A stretch of DNA of 64,000 nt from Clostridiales bacterium (GTDB lineage Bacteria > Bacillota > Clostridia > Christensenellales > Pumilibacteraceae). Positions 20,110 through 30,361 of this stretch are shown here, piece after piece (within the stretch, counting starts at the first letter, position 1; each line of letters begins with the position of its first letter). Made by a program: the position numbers and the translations under genes. Under the pieces are notes generated by a model. The model had not been told where the DNA came from, did no database searches, and saw only the letters and a list, made by a program, of their open reading frames with translations. The DNA lies in the NCBI GenBank assembly GCA_029055565.1, contig JAIDCZ010000029.1, forward strand, positions 9,973-73,972. Reading direction: 5' to 3'.

Positions 20110-20295
20110 GATAGAATTTTTCTCCTTAAAAATTTTTTGCGGGCCTCTATCGTTTTGCCCTATTGTTTCGGCGTTTCGCCGACGGAATTCAGAATTCAGA
20201 ATTATGAATTAAGAATTAAGAATTGATTGGTTATTTAGTCGTTGTTTCCTAAGTACAAAGGCGCGAACGTATACGCGCTCGAATACGTGCTTAGG

Positions 20296-20787
20296 TTATG
20301 CCTTTTGCTTTGCAACTTCGCTAAGCGCAATAGCAAGCGAACGCATCGGGCTGGTAAGCAAGCCCAAGAGCTGTGCCAAAAGCACCGGTTTTTCGGGTAT
20401 GCTGGCGAGCGACTTGATGCCGTTCTCGTCGAACTTTTTGCCTTCCACAACGCCGCACTTAATAGTCATGGGCGTTTTGCCGGCGAAATCGGCAAGGATA
20501 CGGCAAGGCGCTACCGGATCGTCCTTCGGGCCGAACGCCGCGGCGGTGGGGCCGTTAAAGTATTCGTCGAAGCCGGTGTTACCGGTCTGCTCGAACGCGC
20601 GGGAAAGCGCGCTGTTTTTGATTACGTGATACACGACGCCCGCGTCGCGCAACGCTTTACGCATAGCGGTGTCTTGGGCAACGTTTATACCACGGTAATC
20701 GACCAAAACTACGGACGAGGAATTGTTGATTTTCTCAACCACCTCGGCGACATAAGCTTTGCGTTGATCAATATTGTGTGCCGACAT
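20296..20787 (-). CDS. rplJ: 50S ribosomal protein L10
   Basis: VDYRGINV, VIKNSAL, GPTAAAF; canonical position. Confidence 0.96.
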   Translation of the reverse strand: MSAHNIDQRKAYVAEVVEKINNSSSVVLVDYRGINVAQDTAMRKALRDAGVVYHVIKNSALSRAFEQTGNTGFDEYFNGPTAAAFGPKDDPVAPCRILADFAGKTPMTIKCGVVEGKKFDENGIKSLASIPEKPVLLAQLLGLLTSPMRSLAIALSEVAKQKA

Positions 20788-20839
20788 TTTAACCTCCTTG
20801 AAGATTTAAACGGTATGGACGAAGGTTATTCGCCTCGTC

Positions 20840-20975
20840 CACTGTCCCAAACGAAAGCGGCGCTCTACTTATCGAGCGCCGCAAAAAATCCAACGTAAAA
20901 ACCGTCAAATCATTTAGTGCCTCGACAAGTCAGCTCGTAAGCCGTTTAAGTTCCCGCTTGCGTCTTGGGCGCGAG
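20840..20975 (-). promoter_or_regulatory. L10 leader (r-protein autoregulatory RNA)
   Basis: Minus strand ccaagacgcaag...ttaaa...cttgtcgagg resembles the L10-leader core, followed by hairpin gcggcgctc..gagcgccgc-ttt; upstream of rplJ. Confidence 0.65.
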
Positions 20976-21028
20976 TTGATTCTCGCTATTATAAACTGTT
21001 TGAGTACTTTGTCGCCAAAGCGACTTTG

Positions 21029-21715
21029 TTATGCGCGAACGTTTACGCGAACGCCGGGGCCCATAGCGGGCGTGACGTACACGCTCTTAAGGTAAGTGCC
21101 TTTTGCCGCGGCCGGTTTAGCCTTGATAATGGCGTCCATAAGCGTATCGAAGTTCTCTTTAAGCTTGTCCGCACCAAAGCTCTTTTTGCCGATAATGCAG
21201 TGCACGATAGCCGTTTTGTCAACGCGGTATTCAACCTTACCCGCTTTGGTTTCGGCAATCGCCTTGGCAATGTCTTGAGTGATTGTGCCGGCTTTGGGGC
21301 TGGGCATCAATCCTTTGGGACCGAGGATACGAGCTACACGACCCAACTGGCCCATCATGTCGGGCGACGTAATAATTACGTCAAAGTCGAGGTAGTTTTC
21401 GTTCTGAATCTTGGCGATAATCTCTTCCGCGCCGACGATGTCCGCGCCCGCCTTTTCGGCGATGTCCGCTTTTTCGCCCTTGGCGATAACGAGCACGCGT
21501 ACCGATTTACCGGTGCCGTTGGGCAGAACGACGGTGCCACGCACTTGCTGATCGGCTTGACGAGGGTCAACGCCGAGCTTGATATGCGCTTCAATCGTTT
21601 CGTCGAACTTGGCGGTAGCAATCTCTTGGATCTTGGCAAATGCCTCGGTTACGTCGTAAATTTTGCTGTTGTCAACGAGTGCCGCGGCGGCAGTATATCT
21701 CTTTCCGTGTTTCAT
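21029..21715 (-). CDS. rplA: 50S ribosomal protein L1
   Basis: [28 protein letters not shown]. Confidence 0.98.
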   Translation of the reverse strand: MKHGKRYTAAAALVDNSKIYDVTEAFAKIQEIATAKFDETIEAHIKLGVDPRQADQQVRGTVVLPNGTGKSVRVLVIAKGEKADIAEKAGADIVGAEEIIAKIQNENYLDFDVIITSPDMMGQLGRVARILGPKGLMPSPKAGTITQDIAKAIAETKAGKVEYRVDKTAIVHCIIGKKSFGADKLKENFDTLMDAIIKAKPAAAKGTYLKSVYVTPAMGPGVRVNVRA

Positions 21716-21716
21716 A

Positions 21717-22142
21717 CTAATCCTCCACCACAACTCCCATAGAGCGCGCCGTGCCCGCAACCATGGACATGGCGGTTTCGAGCGAGCCGGCGTTAAGGTC
21801 GGCCATCTTCATTTTGGCAATTTCCTCGATCTGCGCCTTGGTTATTTTGGCAACCTTGTCGCGATTGGGTTTTGCCGAAGCGCTCTCGATGCCGCAAGCC
21901 TTTTTGATAAGAACAGCGGCGGGCGGGCTTTTGAGCACGAACGTGAACGAACGGTCGGAATAGATGTTAAGCACCGCGGGGATAATAAGTCCCACTTGAT
22001 CCTTGGTGCGCTCGTTGAACTCCTTAACGAAGCCCGCAATGTTGATGCCGTGCGGGCCTAAGCTGGAACCGACGGGCGGTCCCGGCGTGGCTTTGCCGGC
22101 GGGAAGCTGAAGTTTTACAACAGCATTCAGTTTCTTAGCCAT
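21717..22142 (-). CDS. rplK: 50S ribosomal protein L11
   Basis: [23 protein letters not shown]. Confidence 0.98.
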   Translation of the reverse strand: MAKKLNAVVKLQLPAGKATPGPPVGSSLGPHGINIAGFVKEFNERTKDQVGLIIPAVLNIYSDRSFTFVLKSPPAAVLIKKACGIESASAKPNRDKVAKITKAQIEEIAKMKMADLNAGSLETAMSMVAGTARSMGVVVED

Positions 22143-22426
22143 AAAAGTTTCTCCTTGTAAAATTTATTTACAATCGCGGTTCTGACGAGGTTTTGTCCCC
22201 TCTCCCGGAATAGTAACTAATTAAGTAACAGTGAATAGTTTCGAATTGCAGCTTTGCCGCCGCACATTCTTTATTGTTCGGTCTATACCGAACGTATATG
22301 AGAGTGCGGAGAGCCGCGTTAGACAAGAAAGTCCGAGCGCCGACCGATGGGAATTTAGACCCACCTAAATGACCGAGGGCGGCGCGACGGCTGACGCCGT
22401 ATCACGCGAGCTATACGCGCTCGAAG

Positions 22427-22963
22427 TTAAAGGTCAATCTTCTCAAGCTGGTAGGTATCCAACTCCGCCGGCGTAAGCCGTCCAAAAATGTTTATGTCTA
22501 CCATGCACTTGCCGGTGGTGGCGTTTATGCTCTTTATCTCGCCGGTCATATCGGCAAGCGGGCCGTTCACCACGCGAATGGAATCGCCTACGGCAAAGTC
22601 CGTTCTTACCGTCACCTTTTCAAGCTGCATACGGCGGATTTCGTCCTCAGTAAGCGGCGTGGGCTTGCCTTGCGGCCCAACGAAGCCGGTTACGCCGCGC
22701 GTGCCGGTGATAAGGTGCCACATATCGCGGGTATAAATCATTTTTACCAATACGTACGAGGGGAACATTCTGCGGTGCACGACCTTGCGTTTGCCGTTTT
22801 TCTCCTCTACTATATCTTCCATCGGGATACGAATATCTATCAGACGATCCTCTATGTTGTTCTTTTGGAACGCCGTTTCAAGGTTCACCTTAACAAGATT
22901 TTCGTAACCGGAATAGGTATGCAGAATAAACCACTGCGCTTCGGGAAGCTCTTGCTCTGTCAT
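22427..22963 (-). CDS. nusG: Transcription factor NusG
   Basis: WFILHTYSGYE, FPSYVLV, GVTGFVG, KOW motif. Confidence 0.97.
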   Translation of the reverse strand: MTEQELPEAQWFILHTYSGYENLVKVNLETAFQKNNIEDRLIDIRIPMEDIVEEKNGKRKVVHRRMFPSYVLVKMIYTRDMWHLITGTRGVTGFVGPQGKPTPLTEDEIRRMQLEKVTVRTDFAVGDSIRVVNGPLADMTGEIKSINATTGKCMVDINIFGRLTPAELDTYQLEKIDL

Positions 22964-23277
22964 AGCAATCCTCCTCCGCCGCCCACGAGCGTGCTAAGCG
23001 CCGTAACGCCGTCCACACTCAAGCCGCCAAGCAGCAAATGGTACAAATATCCCAAAAGCGAGTCGAATGCCAAAACCACGAGCAAAAAGCATACGGTAAC
23101 CAAAAGCACGGTGCCGGTTTGCTTAAGCACCTTGCCGAACGTCGGCCACGTAACCTTTTTCAGCTCGGAAAAGAAATCCTTGAACCAACGGCGAACCTTG
23201 CCCGGCTCCTTTTTCTTTTTGGCTTTGTTTTTATCCTTCCCTTTTTGGGCGGATTTTTCCTTAATCTCGTCCGCCAT
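22960..23277 (-). CDS. secE: Preprotein translocase SecE
   Basis: ELKKVTWP motif plus TM; 4-nt overlap with nusG. Confidence 0.95.
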   Translation of the reverse strand: MADEIKEKSAQKGKDKNKAKKKKEPGKVRRWFKDFFSELKKVTWPTFGKVLKQTGTVLLVTVCFLLVVLAFDSLLGYLYHLLLGGLSVDGVTALSTLVGGGGGLL

Positions 23278-23435
23278 TATTTGGTTTCCTTATGAACAGT
23301 GCGCTTTTTGCAAAAACGGCAGTACTTTTTAAGCTCGATCCTATCGGGATCGTTCTTTTTGTTTTTGGTAGTATCGTAGTTGCGCTGCTTGCATTCCGTG
23401 CATTCAAGCGTAATGCGTACGTTTCTGGGTTCCAT
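23277..23435 (-). CDS. rpmG: 50S ribosomal protein L33, Zn-ribbon (C+) form; not in ORF track
   Basis: Read manually: [52 protein letters not shown]; GGAGG RBS; TAATG overlap with secE. Confidence 0.95.
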   Translation of the reverse strand: MEPRNVRITLECTECKQRNYDTTKNKKNDPDRIELKKYCRFCKKRTVHKETK

Positions 23436-23658
23436 ACTTTCCTCCGAAAAGTCGCTAAATAAAACACCGCGTAACGGTGCTTATTAAGATTTTACCACAG
23501 CGCCCCTATCTTGTCAAGCGTTTTCCCGCACTTCTTTCACTTCTTTTAAAAAGAAAAAGCACTCGCATATACTTTACAAAAACAAAAGCACTCAAAAAAT
23601 CCCACAAAAAGCCACAAAAAATGTTGACTGGCAAATCGGCGCGCTGTAAAATAATTAT

Positions 23659-25320
23659 ATGAAACGAAAGATAATTTTCATTGCGCTTCGGCGCTTGCTA
23701 ATCATTCTCGGCGCAGTATTTGCATCGATTGCTTTTTGCACTTGCGCCGACAAAAAATCGTCCGCCAACGAAACGCTTAGCGGCGTTTATGCATCCGACG
23801 TTTCGGTCGTATACGACGGCAGACCGCACTCAATTACAATAATGAACGTATTGGAAAACGACAGTGTTTTGTATTCGACCGACGGTGTAAACTATTCCGT
23901 TGTTCGCCCGACCTTCATTCTACCAGACCAATACACCGTGTATTTCAAGGTAAACCGCTCAGGCTATAAAGAGATTGCTTCGTCGGCGACCGTCACAATT
24001 TCGCCGTGCATACTTACTGATATATCCGCGCAAAACGTTTCCGCAAACTACGACGGCCGGCCGCATACAATAACGATAATCGGCGCACTGCCTACGGATA
24101 CCGTAACCTACTCAACCGACGGATTCACATATACGGCGGAACAACCAAGCTTTACCGCCGTCGGCGAATACGTTATTTATTACAGCGTGGAACGCAACTA
24201 CGGCTATTACAAATCGTCGTGCGTATTGACTATTAAACCCACAGTCTATGGCAAATACTTCAACCGCGACTTCGGCATTCTGGAGCTTTCAACCGACAAC
24301 ACAACGGTCGATGCCAACGGCTTTTCGGGATTTATCGACGACGAGCCGTTTTCCATAGCCGACAGCGTACTGTCATATAGAGATATGGATTTTATCGAAC
24401 TGGCCGATACCGATTTAGTTTACAAACTGATAGCCGCGGAAGGCGTCATATACTTTTGCGCAAACCCGTTCGGAAAGCTGGATATTTCGTTTACCGACAG
24501 CTCGGCAAATATAAAACTCGGCGACGATACTCTCCTATCGGTACCCGATTACAACTACTGCGAAAGCGGCACGGTTACCGACTATATAGATTTGCGGTTC
24601 GAGCAAGCGTTCGCACACACCTCAGACGTTACGGATATTACGGTTGTGCTATCCAAGCGCGAGCAAAATCCGATAGCATTCGACCGCAAGTACGTAACGT
24701 ACGACGGCGAGGCACACGGCTTCGACTTGCCATCGTCAGCCACGATTATTTCAGAGCAAAAGGAATTTAACGAAGTTGGTACTCACACAGTTTCCGTGCT
24801 AATCGTTTCAGATGAATACTTGCCGTGCGTGACCGAATGCACAATGGTAATACTTGCGGATATTTCCGGAACGTATGCATCTACAACGCACGTAATGGAA
24901 ATTGCGAACGGAAAAGTAAAACTCGACGGAACCGAGTGCGGCGAGCTAAGCATTGCAGACGATAAATGGTCGCTTAACGACAAGCCGATAACGACGACGA
25001 ACGATGGGATTACGTATGACGGCGAAACTTATATCGCAACGAACGACTCAATGCTGATTATAAAAGTGAACGAACAAACGAGCGCCGCGGTAAAGCTTCC
25101 GCAAGATATAGACCAAATTATCGTAATCGACGACGGCACGACTCTGCGCTTTGTTGCCGACGAGGAGCTGATAAGCATACCGCACGACGGCAACGTCGTT
25201 ACGATATACATAAATGGGAATGCCCTCACACCATTTGAGAACGACGGAACCGAGATTTATATAATAGGCAGTGCAGATTTAAATGCGCACATAACGATTA
25301 TCGACGTAAAAACGAAGTAA
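23659..25320 (+). CDS. Secreted protein or lipoprotein with MBG-like beta-sandwich repeats
   Basis: Signal peptide ending FCTC; repeated YDGRPHSITI / YDGRPHTITI / YDGEAHG units. Confidence 0.7.
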   Translation: MKRKIIFIALRRLLIILGAVFASIAFCTCADKKSSANETLSGVYASDVSVVYDGRPHSITIMNVLENDSVLYSTDGVNYSVVRPTFILPDQYTVYFKVNRSGYKEIASSATVTISPCILTDISAQNVSANYDGRPHTITIIGALPTDTVTYSTDGFTYTAEQPSFTAVGEYVIYYSVERNYGYYKSSCVLTIKPTVYGKYFNRDFGILELSTDNTTVDANGFSGFIDDEPFSIADSVLSYRDMDFIELADTDLVYKLIAAEGVIYFCANPFGKLDISFTDSSANIKLGDDTLLSVPDYNYCESGTVTDYIDLRFEQAFAHTSDVTDITVVLSKREQNPIAFDRKYVTYDGEAHGFDLPSSATIISEQKEFNEVGTHTVSVLIVSDEYLPCVTECTMVILADISGTYASTTHVMEIANGKVKLDGTECGELSIADDKWSLNDKPITTTNDGITYDGETYIATNDSMLIIKVNEQTSAAVKLPQDIDQIIVIDDGTTLRFVADEELISIPHDGNVVTIYINGNALTPFENDGTEIYIIGSADLNAHITIIDVKTK

Positions 25321-25393
25321 ATAAAGTCGGTTTGACAAACGCCGTAAAATCGCTTGACAAAAAGCATAAACCGTGATAGAATAACAACACTGT

Positions 25394-25468
25394 GGCCCCA
25401 TGGTCAAGCGGTTAAGACATCACCCTTTCACGGTGAAATCATGGGTTCGAGTCCCGTTGGGGTCACCA
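25394..25468 (+). tRNA. tRNA-Glu(TTC)
   Basis: GGCCCCATGGTCAAGCGGTTAAGACATCACCCTTTCACGGTGAAATCATGGGTTCGAGTCCCGTTGGGGTCACCA; promoter TTGACA..TAGAAT just upstream. Confidence 0.96.
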
Positions 25469-25836
25469 GACGAGGTGTATAAGAACACACCGAAGAAGAA
25501 ACCGAATTTTCGGTTTCTTTTTCTTTTTCGCCGTTTTCACCCTCGTTCCCGTCGGGATAATCGGGGAATATCAAGTTCAATAATAGTTCCTCTTTCTGCC
25601 CGCCTTTCAAGTGGAATAACACTTTCATTTTATCGTCGCAAAGCACAATGCGATAAATAAAAATATTGATTAGCTCCTTGCGGTGCTTGGTCTTTGAATA
25701 GTCAAGGGTGCGAAAATGTAACAGCCATTTGCGAATGTCAGAATAGCAGTATTTCATTTGCATTGCCTTTTCCATTGCTACGGCGTCCGCAAGCTCCTTG
25801 TTTTCGTTCTCTAACCGCTCGACTTGCGACAGTATA
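25428..25836 (-). pseudogene. C-terminal remnant of a large serine recombinase reading into the tRNA 3' end
   Basis: Coiled coil ILSQVERLENENKEL, RKELINIFIYRIVL..KVLF, ends LVTPTGLEP (tRNA antisense); no catalytic N-terminal domain. Confidence 0.7.
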
Positions 25837-26464
25837 TAATATAAGAAATAGGATATAGATGAATATTGTGTGCTTTAAATATTGGAATGCCTTGAATAAC
25901 GTAATTCATAAAATGAATATAAAAATAGGCCTTTGTGACCGGCGCACAACTATTGAAAACAAAATAATACAATTATAAATAAAATGGTTATTTTTAGTTT
26001 AGAGTCGATCTCCACCCATCCTCCGGATTTTTCAAAACGTCTTGTTTTCTTAGCCAATAATATTGTGAGCTAATAGGATTGCCGGCTTGACTTATTGTTC
26101 ATAGAGCTTATCTGTCGGGATATAATCTTGGAGGAATCCATTTCATTTTGACATTTAGCAATTCGTGATTGAATATCAGCTTCTCACCCCATCCAATAAA
26201 ATTATTGTCCCCAGTCTATCATCATTGATTGTAACGTTTTATCAATATAATTTTCTTTAAAAACAAAAACATTTCACATTGCTATTTCTTTATAAGTTTT
26301 GTTTTGAATATTGTTTTAATCGTAAAAAAATAAAAAGGTAATTAGAGCATACCGAAACAATAACAATATCTCAATGGTTAATTTTGTTATTCGCTGTCGT
26401 GCTTAAACACAAAAAGAACCCCCAGTCAAACCATTTTGGTAACGACCGGGGGGGGCTTTTATAT

Positions 26465-27163
26465 TTATTTTGTTTCCAAAAGCTTGGTGACAAGATCAAA
26501 CAATCTGTTTTCGTCTTGCCCTTCCTCTATTCGTATAAAATACCTATACCCATCGTATTCTAAAATACAATAAGCATTATCTTTTTTTATGCCCCATTTT
26601 GCCGTATGATTATCAACTGAATACTTATTTACGCAACCCTCAATAATTATGTCAAACTCACTTAAATAAACGTTTGATTTCGTAATGGATAATTGTACCA
26701 ATTCGTCTGATTGTGGTAAATATGCTTGTTCTTGCAAACATAATACCTCATTATCCACAATACTCGTATAGCAAGCAGTGTTAAAATCTTCGCCTATTTC
26801 ATACCAATTAAAATATAAGAAGTTGCAACCGTTATTTTCTCTATACTCTAAAATAGTATATTCCACGTCATGTATAACATACTCATCTTGCGTGCAATAG
26901 CGATTATTATCTTTACCTCCGTTGTCTACACCATTATTACCATTAGGCAAAAACACGGCGCACGGTACTACAATCGCCGCGCAAACAGCTGCGGCGGCAA
27001 GTGCCGAAATAAACGCAAATCGACGCTTCCGTGCAGGCGCTTGTTTTACTTCCGACTGCTCGTCGTATTGCGGATAACGGCGCTTCAACTCCTCGAGAAT
27101 ATCCGATTGAGTATCAATACCGTCTTTCTTTATTGCTTTGTTAAGTTTACGTTCCTCGCGCAT
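26465..27163 (-). CDS. Single-TM protein, putative anti-sigma factor
   Basis: Short cytoplasmic N-terminus, RKRR then TM, extracellular domain; in ECF sigma cassette. Confidence 0.6.
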   Translation of the reverse strand: MREERKLNKAIKKDGIDTQSDILEELKRRYPQYDEQSEVKQAPARKRRFAFISALAAAAVCAAIVVPCAVFLPNGNNGVDNGGKDNNRYCTQDEYVIHDVEYTILEYRENNGCNFLYFNWYEIGEDFNTACYTSIVDNEVLCLQEQAYLPQSDELVQLSITKSNVYLSEFDIIIEGCVNKYSVDNHTAKWGIKKDNAYCILEYDGYRYFIRIEEGQDENRLFDLVTKLLETK

Positions 27164-27171
27164 AACCGTAC

Positions 27172-27993
27172 CTAATTTATTGTTACTTGATAAGTTGCGT
27201 CGACATAGGTGCCGATTTTATAAAATGCTGTTGGATCTGTAGATAAACCAGTCGCAACACGCAAGTACTTATCTATTCTTGTTCTGTTACTCAAAGTATA
27301 TTTAACCTCATAATAACCATAAGCTACCATAACATGATTACCGCTTATATTACCCGAAGTAATAAGATCTTCATTTTTACGTTCATCCAAAAGATAAATA
27401 TTGCTTGACTGAACGAATAATACGGTAGGCTGGTTGTTATTAACAGCAGTTTTAAACGTGCCGTAATTAAAGTTGTTTCCTGCACCAAGCGAAGTATATT
27501 GTATATTATAGCCATGATTTACAACGTAGCTTTTTAACCCGTTTTTAAATTCGTCTTGAGATACTCCGGGTGCAACAATATTGGTTTGCATAAGGTTATA
27601 TAAATCTTGAATAAGCGAGTAGACGTATGTTTTGTCTTGACCTTTATATGTACCCGTTGAGTAATATGATGCCCAATTCGGTATTAGATTTTCGTAATAT
27701 TTGTCATAAAAACCAACAATAATAGCCCCTACAATCGCTCCACAGCCATTTTGAATACTATCTATTGCTCTATATTTAGGCGTGCCGTTGGCAGTAGAAA
27801 TATCCTCAACAACTTGCTTGGATACATATGAAATGGTTTCGTTGGAAGCGTAAGTAGATATCAATTCGCCGCCGACGTATCTATCCGATTGCTCGGCAGC
27901 AGCAGATACGCTCGTCCAAGCTCCGCAAAAAGGCAAGCACAATAATACAAACGCTACGGTTTTTATTCTATTTATTTTTTTCAAGATAATCAC
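27172..27993 (-). CDS. Secreted papain-fold (C39/C10-like) cysteine-peptidase-like protein
   Basis: Signal peptide; NGCGAIVGAIIVGFYD catalytic Cys helix and GNHVMVAYGY His strand. Confidence 0.6.
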   Translation of the reverse strand: MIILKKINRIKTVAFVLLCLPFCGAWTSVSAAAEQSDRYVGGELISTYASNETISYVSKQVVEDISTANGTPKYRAIDSIQNGCGAIVGAIIVGFYDKYYENLIPNWASYYSTGTYKGQDKTYVYSLIQDLYNLMQTNIVAPGVSQDEFKNGLKSYVVNHGYNIQYTSLGAGNNFNYGTFKTAVNNNQPTVLFVQSSNIYLLDERKNEDLITSGNISGNHVMVAYGYYEVKYTLSNRTRIDKYLRVATGLSTDPTAFYKIGTYVDATYQVTIN

Positions 27994-28037
27994 CTCTATT
28001 TAGCTATATCGCATCCCGCGCTGTAATTTTTCCAATC

Positions 28038-28565
28038 CTACGAGATATCTTCATTGATTTTTCGAACGCTTCTTTTAAACCGCTTATACACTGTACCGAC
28101 GTACATGTTCAGTTCACTTGCTATTTCTTCAAAAGTCATATCATTGATAAGACGAAAAACCACTATTTGCCTATCCGTCTCATCCAATTCACTTAAAGAG
28201 TTTTCAACGGAAGCCATAAACTCTGACCTTTTAAAATCGTCAGTCGTGCAAGCGACTTCATCTCTAACTTCGTCCAAAGATGCATGATTATGTTTTCTTT
28301 CGCGGTTGTTAATCGTATACGCTTCATTTTGCGCAATCTTACTTATCCATGCTTTTCCGCTTTGATTCTCATCGAAATTTTGAATATTGTCGAAAATCTT
28401 AAAAAGAGTACTATTTACAACGTCGTCCACAAAAGATTTGTCCACCAAGTAATAATAGGCGACGAACTTAATATAACCGGAAGCCGCGCTGAAAAATTTT
28501 TCCAAACATCTCTCACCGTTTTTCAGCCGCTTCAAGTATTCAGTTATCTCATTTGCAGACTTCAT
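28038..28565 (-). CDS. ECF-family RNA polymerase sigma factor
   Basis: Region 2 (DDVV..F..AWISKIAQN) and region 4 (MTFEEIASELNMYVGTVYKR). Confidence 0.9.
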   Translation of the reverse strand: MKSANEITEYLKRLKNGERCLEKFFSAASGYIKFVAYYYLVDKSFVDDVVNSTLFKIFDNIQNFDENQSGKAWISKIAQNEAYTINNRERKHNHASLDEVRDEVACTTDDFKRSEFMASVENSLSELDETDRQIVVFRLINDMTFEEIASELNMYVGTVYKRFKRSVRKINEDIS

Positions 28566-28651
28566 AGTTTTTATCATATCATATAACGCCTTGAAATGTC
28601 AAGCAAGCCCCTTACGTGTTCCACCAAAAAACGACAAAAAACACAGTCCGT

Positions 28652-28896
28652 TGCGGTGTATGCGATTCTTTATCGCATACACCGCAGTTATATTTGCCGA
28701 TAAATCGGCAAGTGATATACTAAGTGTTATATTTCGCCTTTGGCGAAGTGTTCGGCAAATATAATATCACTTTGCGTTAGCAAAATATCACTGTTTGCTT
28801 TGCAAACGATATCACTTTCTGTATTAAAAGTATAGCCCACTATACTTCGCTTACGAAGTTAGTGGGCTATTGTTTTTCCATAAGAAAATTCTCTAT
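28652..28896. repeat. Multi-hairpin repeat, family C, copy 1
   Basis: Near-identical to 44175-44374 plus a 45-bp extra segment. Confidence 0.9.
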
Positions 28897-28941
28897 GAAA
28901 AACACCCCTTGGGAATGTGTTTTTTCGTGTTACGTTATCGC

Positions 28942-30351
28942 TTATTTTTTGGACAGATACTCGTCGATTGCCTTTGCCGCGACCTTGCCCGCGCCCATGG
29001 CGGAAATGACGGTTGCCGCGCCGGTAACTGCGTCGCCGCCGGCGTAAACGCCCTCGCGCGAAGTAAGTCCGTCCTCGTTGACGATTATGCCGCCCCAACG
29101 ATTGACCTCCAGTCCCTTGGTCGTGGACTTGATTAACGGATTGGGACTGGTGCCGATTGCCATTATTACGACGTCGACGTCGAGGTCAAACTCGCTACCC
29201 GCTATTGCGACCGGTCTGCGCCTACCGCTGGCGTCCGGTTCGCCAAGCTCCATTTTGACGCAACGAATAGCCTTGACGAATCCGTTTTTGGGATCGCGCG
29301 CGTCGTTCTCGTTATTATAGCCGAGAATTTCCACGGGGTTGCACAACAGCCTAAAGTCGATACCCTCCTCCTCGGCGTGCTCCACCTCCTCTCTGCGAGC
29401 GGGAAGCTCCTCCATAGACCGACGGTAAACGATGTAAACCTTTTCTGCGCCGAGCCGCAAAGCCGTTCTTGCGGCGTCCATTGCGACGTTTCCGCCGCCG
29501 ACGACAGCGACCTTACCGCCCTTCATAATGGGCGTTTGCGGCTCGTCGAGGTACGCTTTCATTAGGTTACTACGCGTTAAAAATTCGTTGGCGGAATACA
29601 CGCCCTTGTATGCTTCGCCTGGGATATTCATAAAGTTGGGCAGACCGGCGCCCGAGCCGACGAACACCGCCTCGAACCCCATTTCAAACAATTCGTCGAT
29701 AGTAAGGGTTTTGCCGATAATGACGTTTGGCTCAATATCCACGCCAAGCTCCTTGAGCGTTTCCACCTCTTTTGCGACGATCGCCTTGGGCAGACGGAAT
29801 TCGGGAATGCCGTACACAAGCACGCCGCCGGCGGTATGTAACGCCTCGTACACCGTCACCTTATAGCCCTTTTTGGCAAGATCGCCCGCGCAAGTAAGTC
29901 CGGACGGACCGGAACCGACCACGGCAACGCGGTGGCCGTTGGGCGCGGGAATTTTCGCTTTTTCCTTGTTGTGCTCGTTGTGCCAATCGGCCGCAAAGCG
30001 CTCAAGCCGGCCGATACCTACCGGCTCGAACTTTACGCCGAGCGTACACTTGGATTCGCACTGAGTTTCTTGCGGGCAGACTCTGCCGCAGACTGCGGGA
30101 AGGGACGAGCTTTTGTTGATAATAGCATACGCGCCCTCGAAGTCGCCGTCCTTCATTTTGGTGATAAAGTCGGGAATATTCACGTTTACTGGGCAACCGG
30201 AAACGCAAGGTTTGTTTTTGCAGTTCAGACAGCGCTGAGCTTCCTTGACAGCGATTTCCGCCGTATAGCCGAGCGCGACCTCGTTAAAATTGTGCGCACG
30301 CACTTGCGCCGCTTGCGTGGGCATTTCGTGCTTTTTCGGTTCAATAGCCAT
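28942..30351 (-). CDS. nfnB: NfnB/GltD-like large subunit of NADH-dependent ferredoxin:NADP+ oxidoreductase
   Basis: RCLNC..CVSGCP, CGRVCPQETQCE FeS motifs; GSGPSG FAD and GGGNVAMD NADP motifs; follows nfnA; no gltB nearby. Confidence 0.88.
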   Translation of the reverse strand: MAIEPKKHEMPTQAAQVRAHNFNEVALGYTAEIAVKEAQRCLNCKNKPCVSGCPVNVNIPDFITKMKDGDFEGAYAIINKSSSLPAVCGRVCPQETQCESKCTLGVKFEPVGIGRLERFAADWHNEHNKEKAKIPAPNGHRVAVVGSGPSGLTCAGDLAKKGYKVTVYEALHTAGGVLVYGIPEFRLPKAIVAKEVETLKELGVDIEPNVIIGKTLTIDELFEMGFEAVFVGSGAGLPNFMNIPGEAYKGVYSANEFLTRSNLMKAYLDEPQTPIMKGGKVAVVGGGNVAMDAARTALRLGAEKVYIVYRRSMEELPARREEVEHAEEEGIDFRLLCNPVEILGYNNENDARDPKNGFVKAIRCVKMELGEPDASGRRRPVAIAGSEFDLDVDVVIMAIGTSPNPLIKSTTKGLEVNRWGGIIVNEDGLTSREGVYAGGDAVTGAATVISAMGAGKVAAKAIDEYLSKK

Positions 30352-30361
30352 ACTTCACCTC

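Larger units (their letters stand above)
25469..28625. mobile_element. Decayed low-GC genomic island at tRNA-Glu
   Basis: Visibly AT-rich relative to flanks; recombinase remnant abutting tRNA; right end approximate. Confidence 0.6.

Noticed and set aside
25930-26230. Degraded gene inside the island
   Set aside because: Multiple stops and no recognisable motif; cannot be assigned.
28605-28626. attR duplicate of the tRNA-Glu 3' end (..gttccacca)
   Set aside because: Only about 5 nt (cacca) match; too short to support.
28942-30351. Glutamate synthase small subunit gltD
   Set aside because: No gltB; paired with an NfnA-type gene, so NfnAB fits better.
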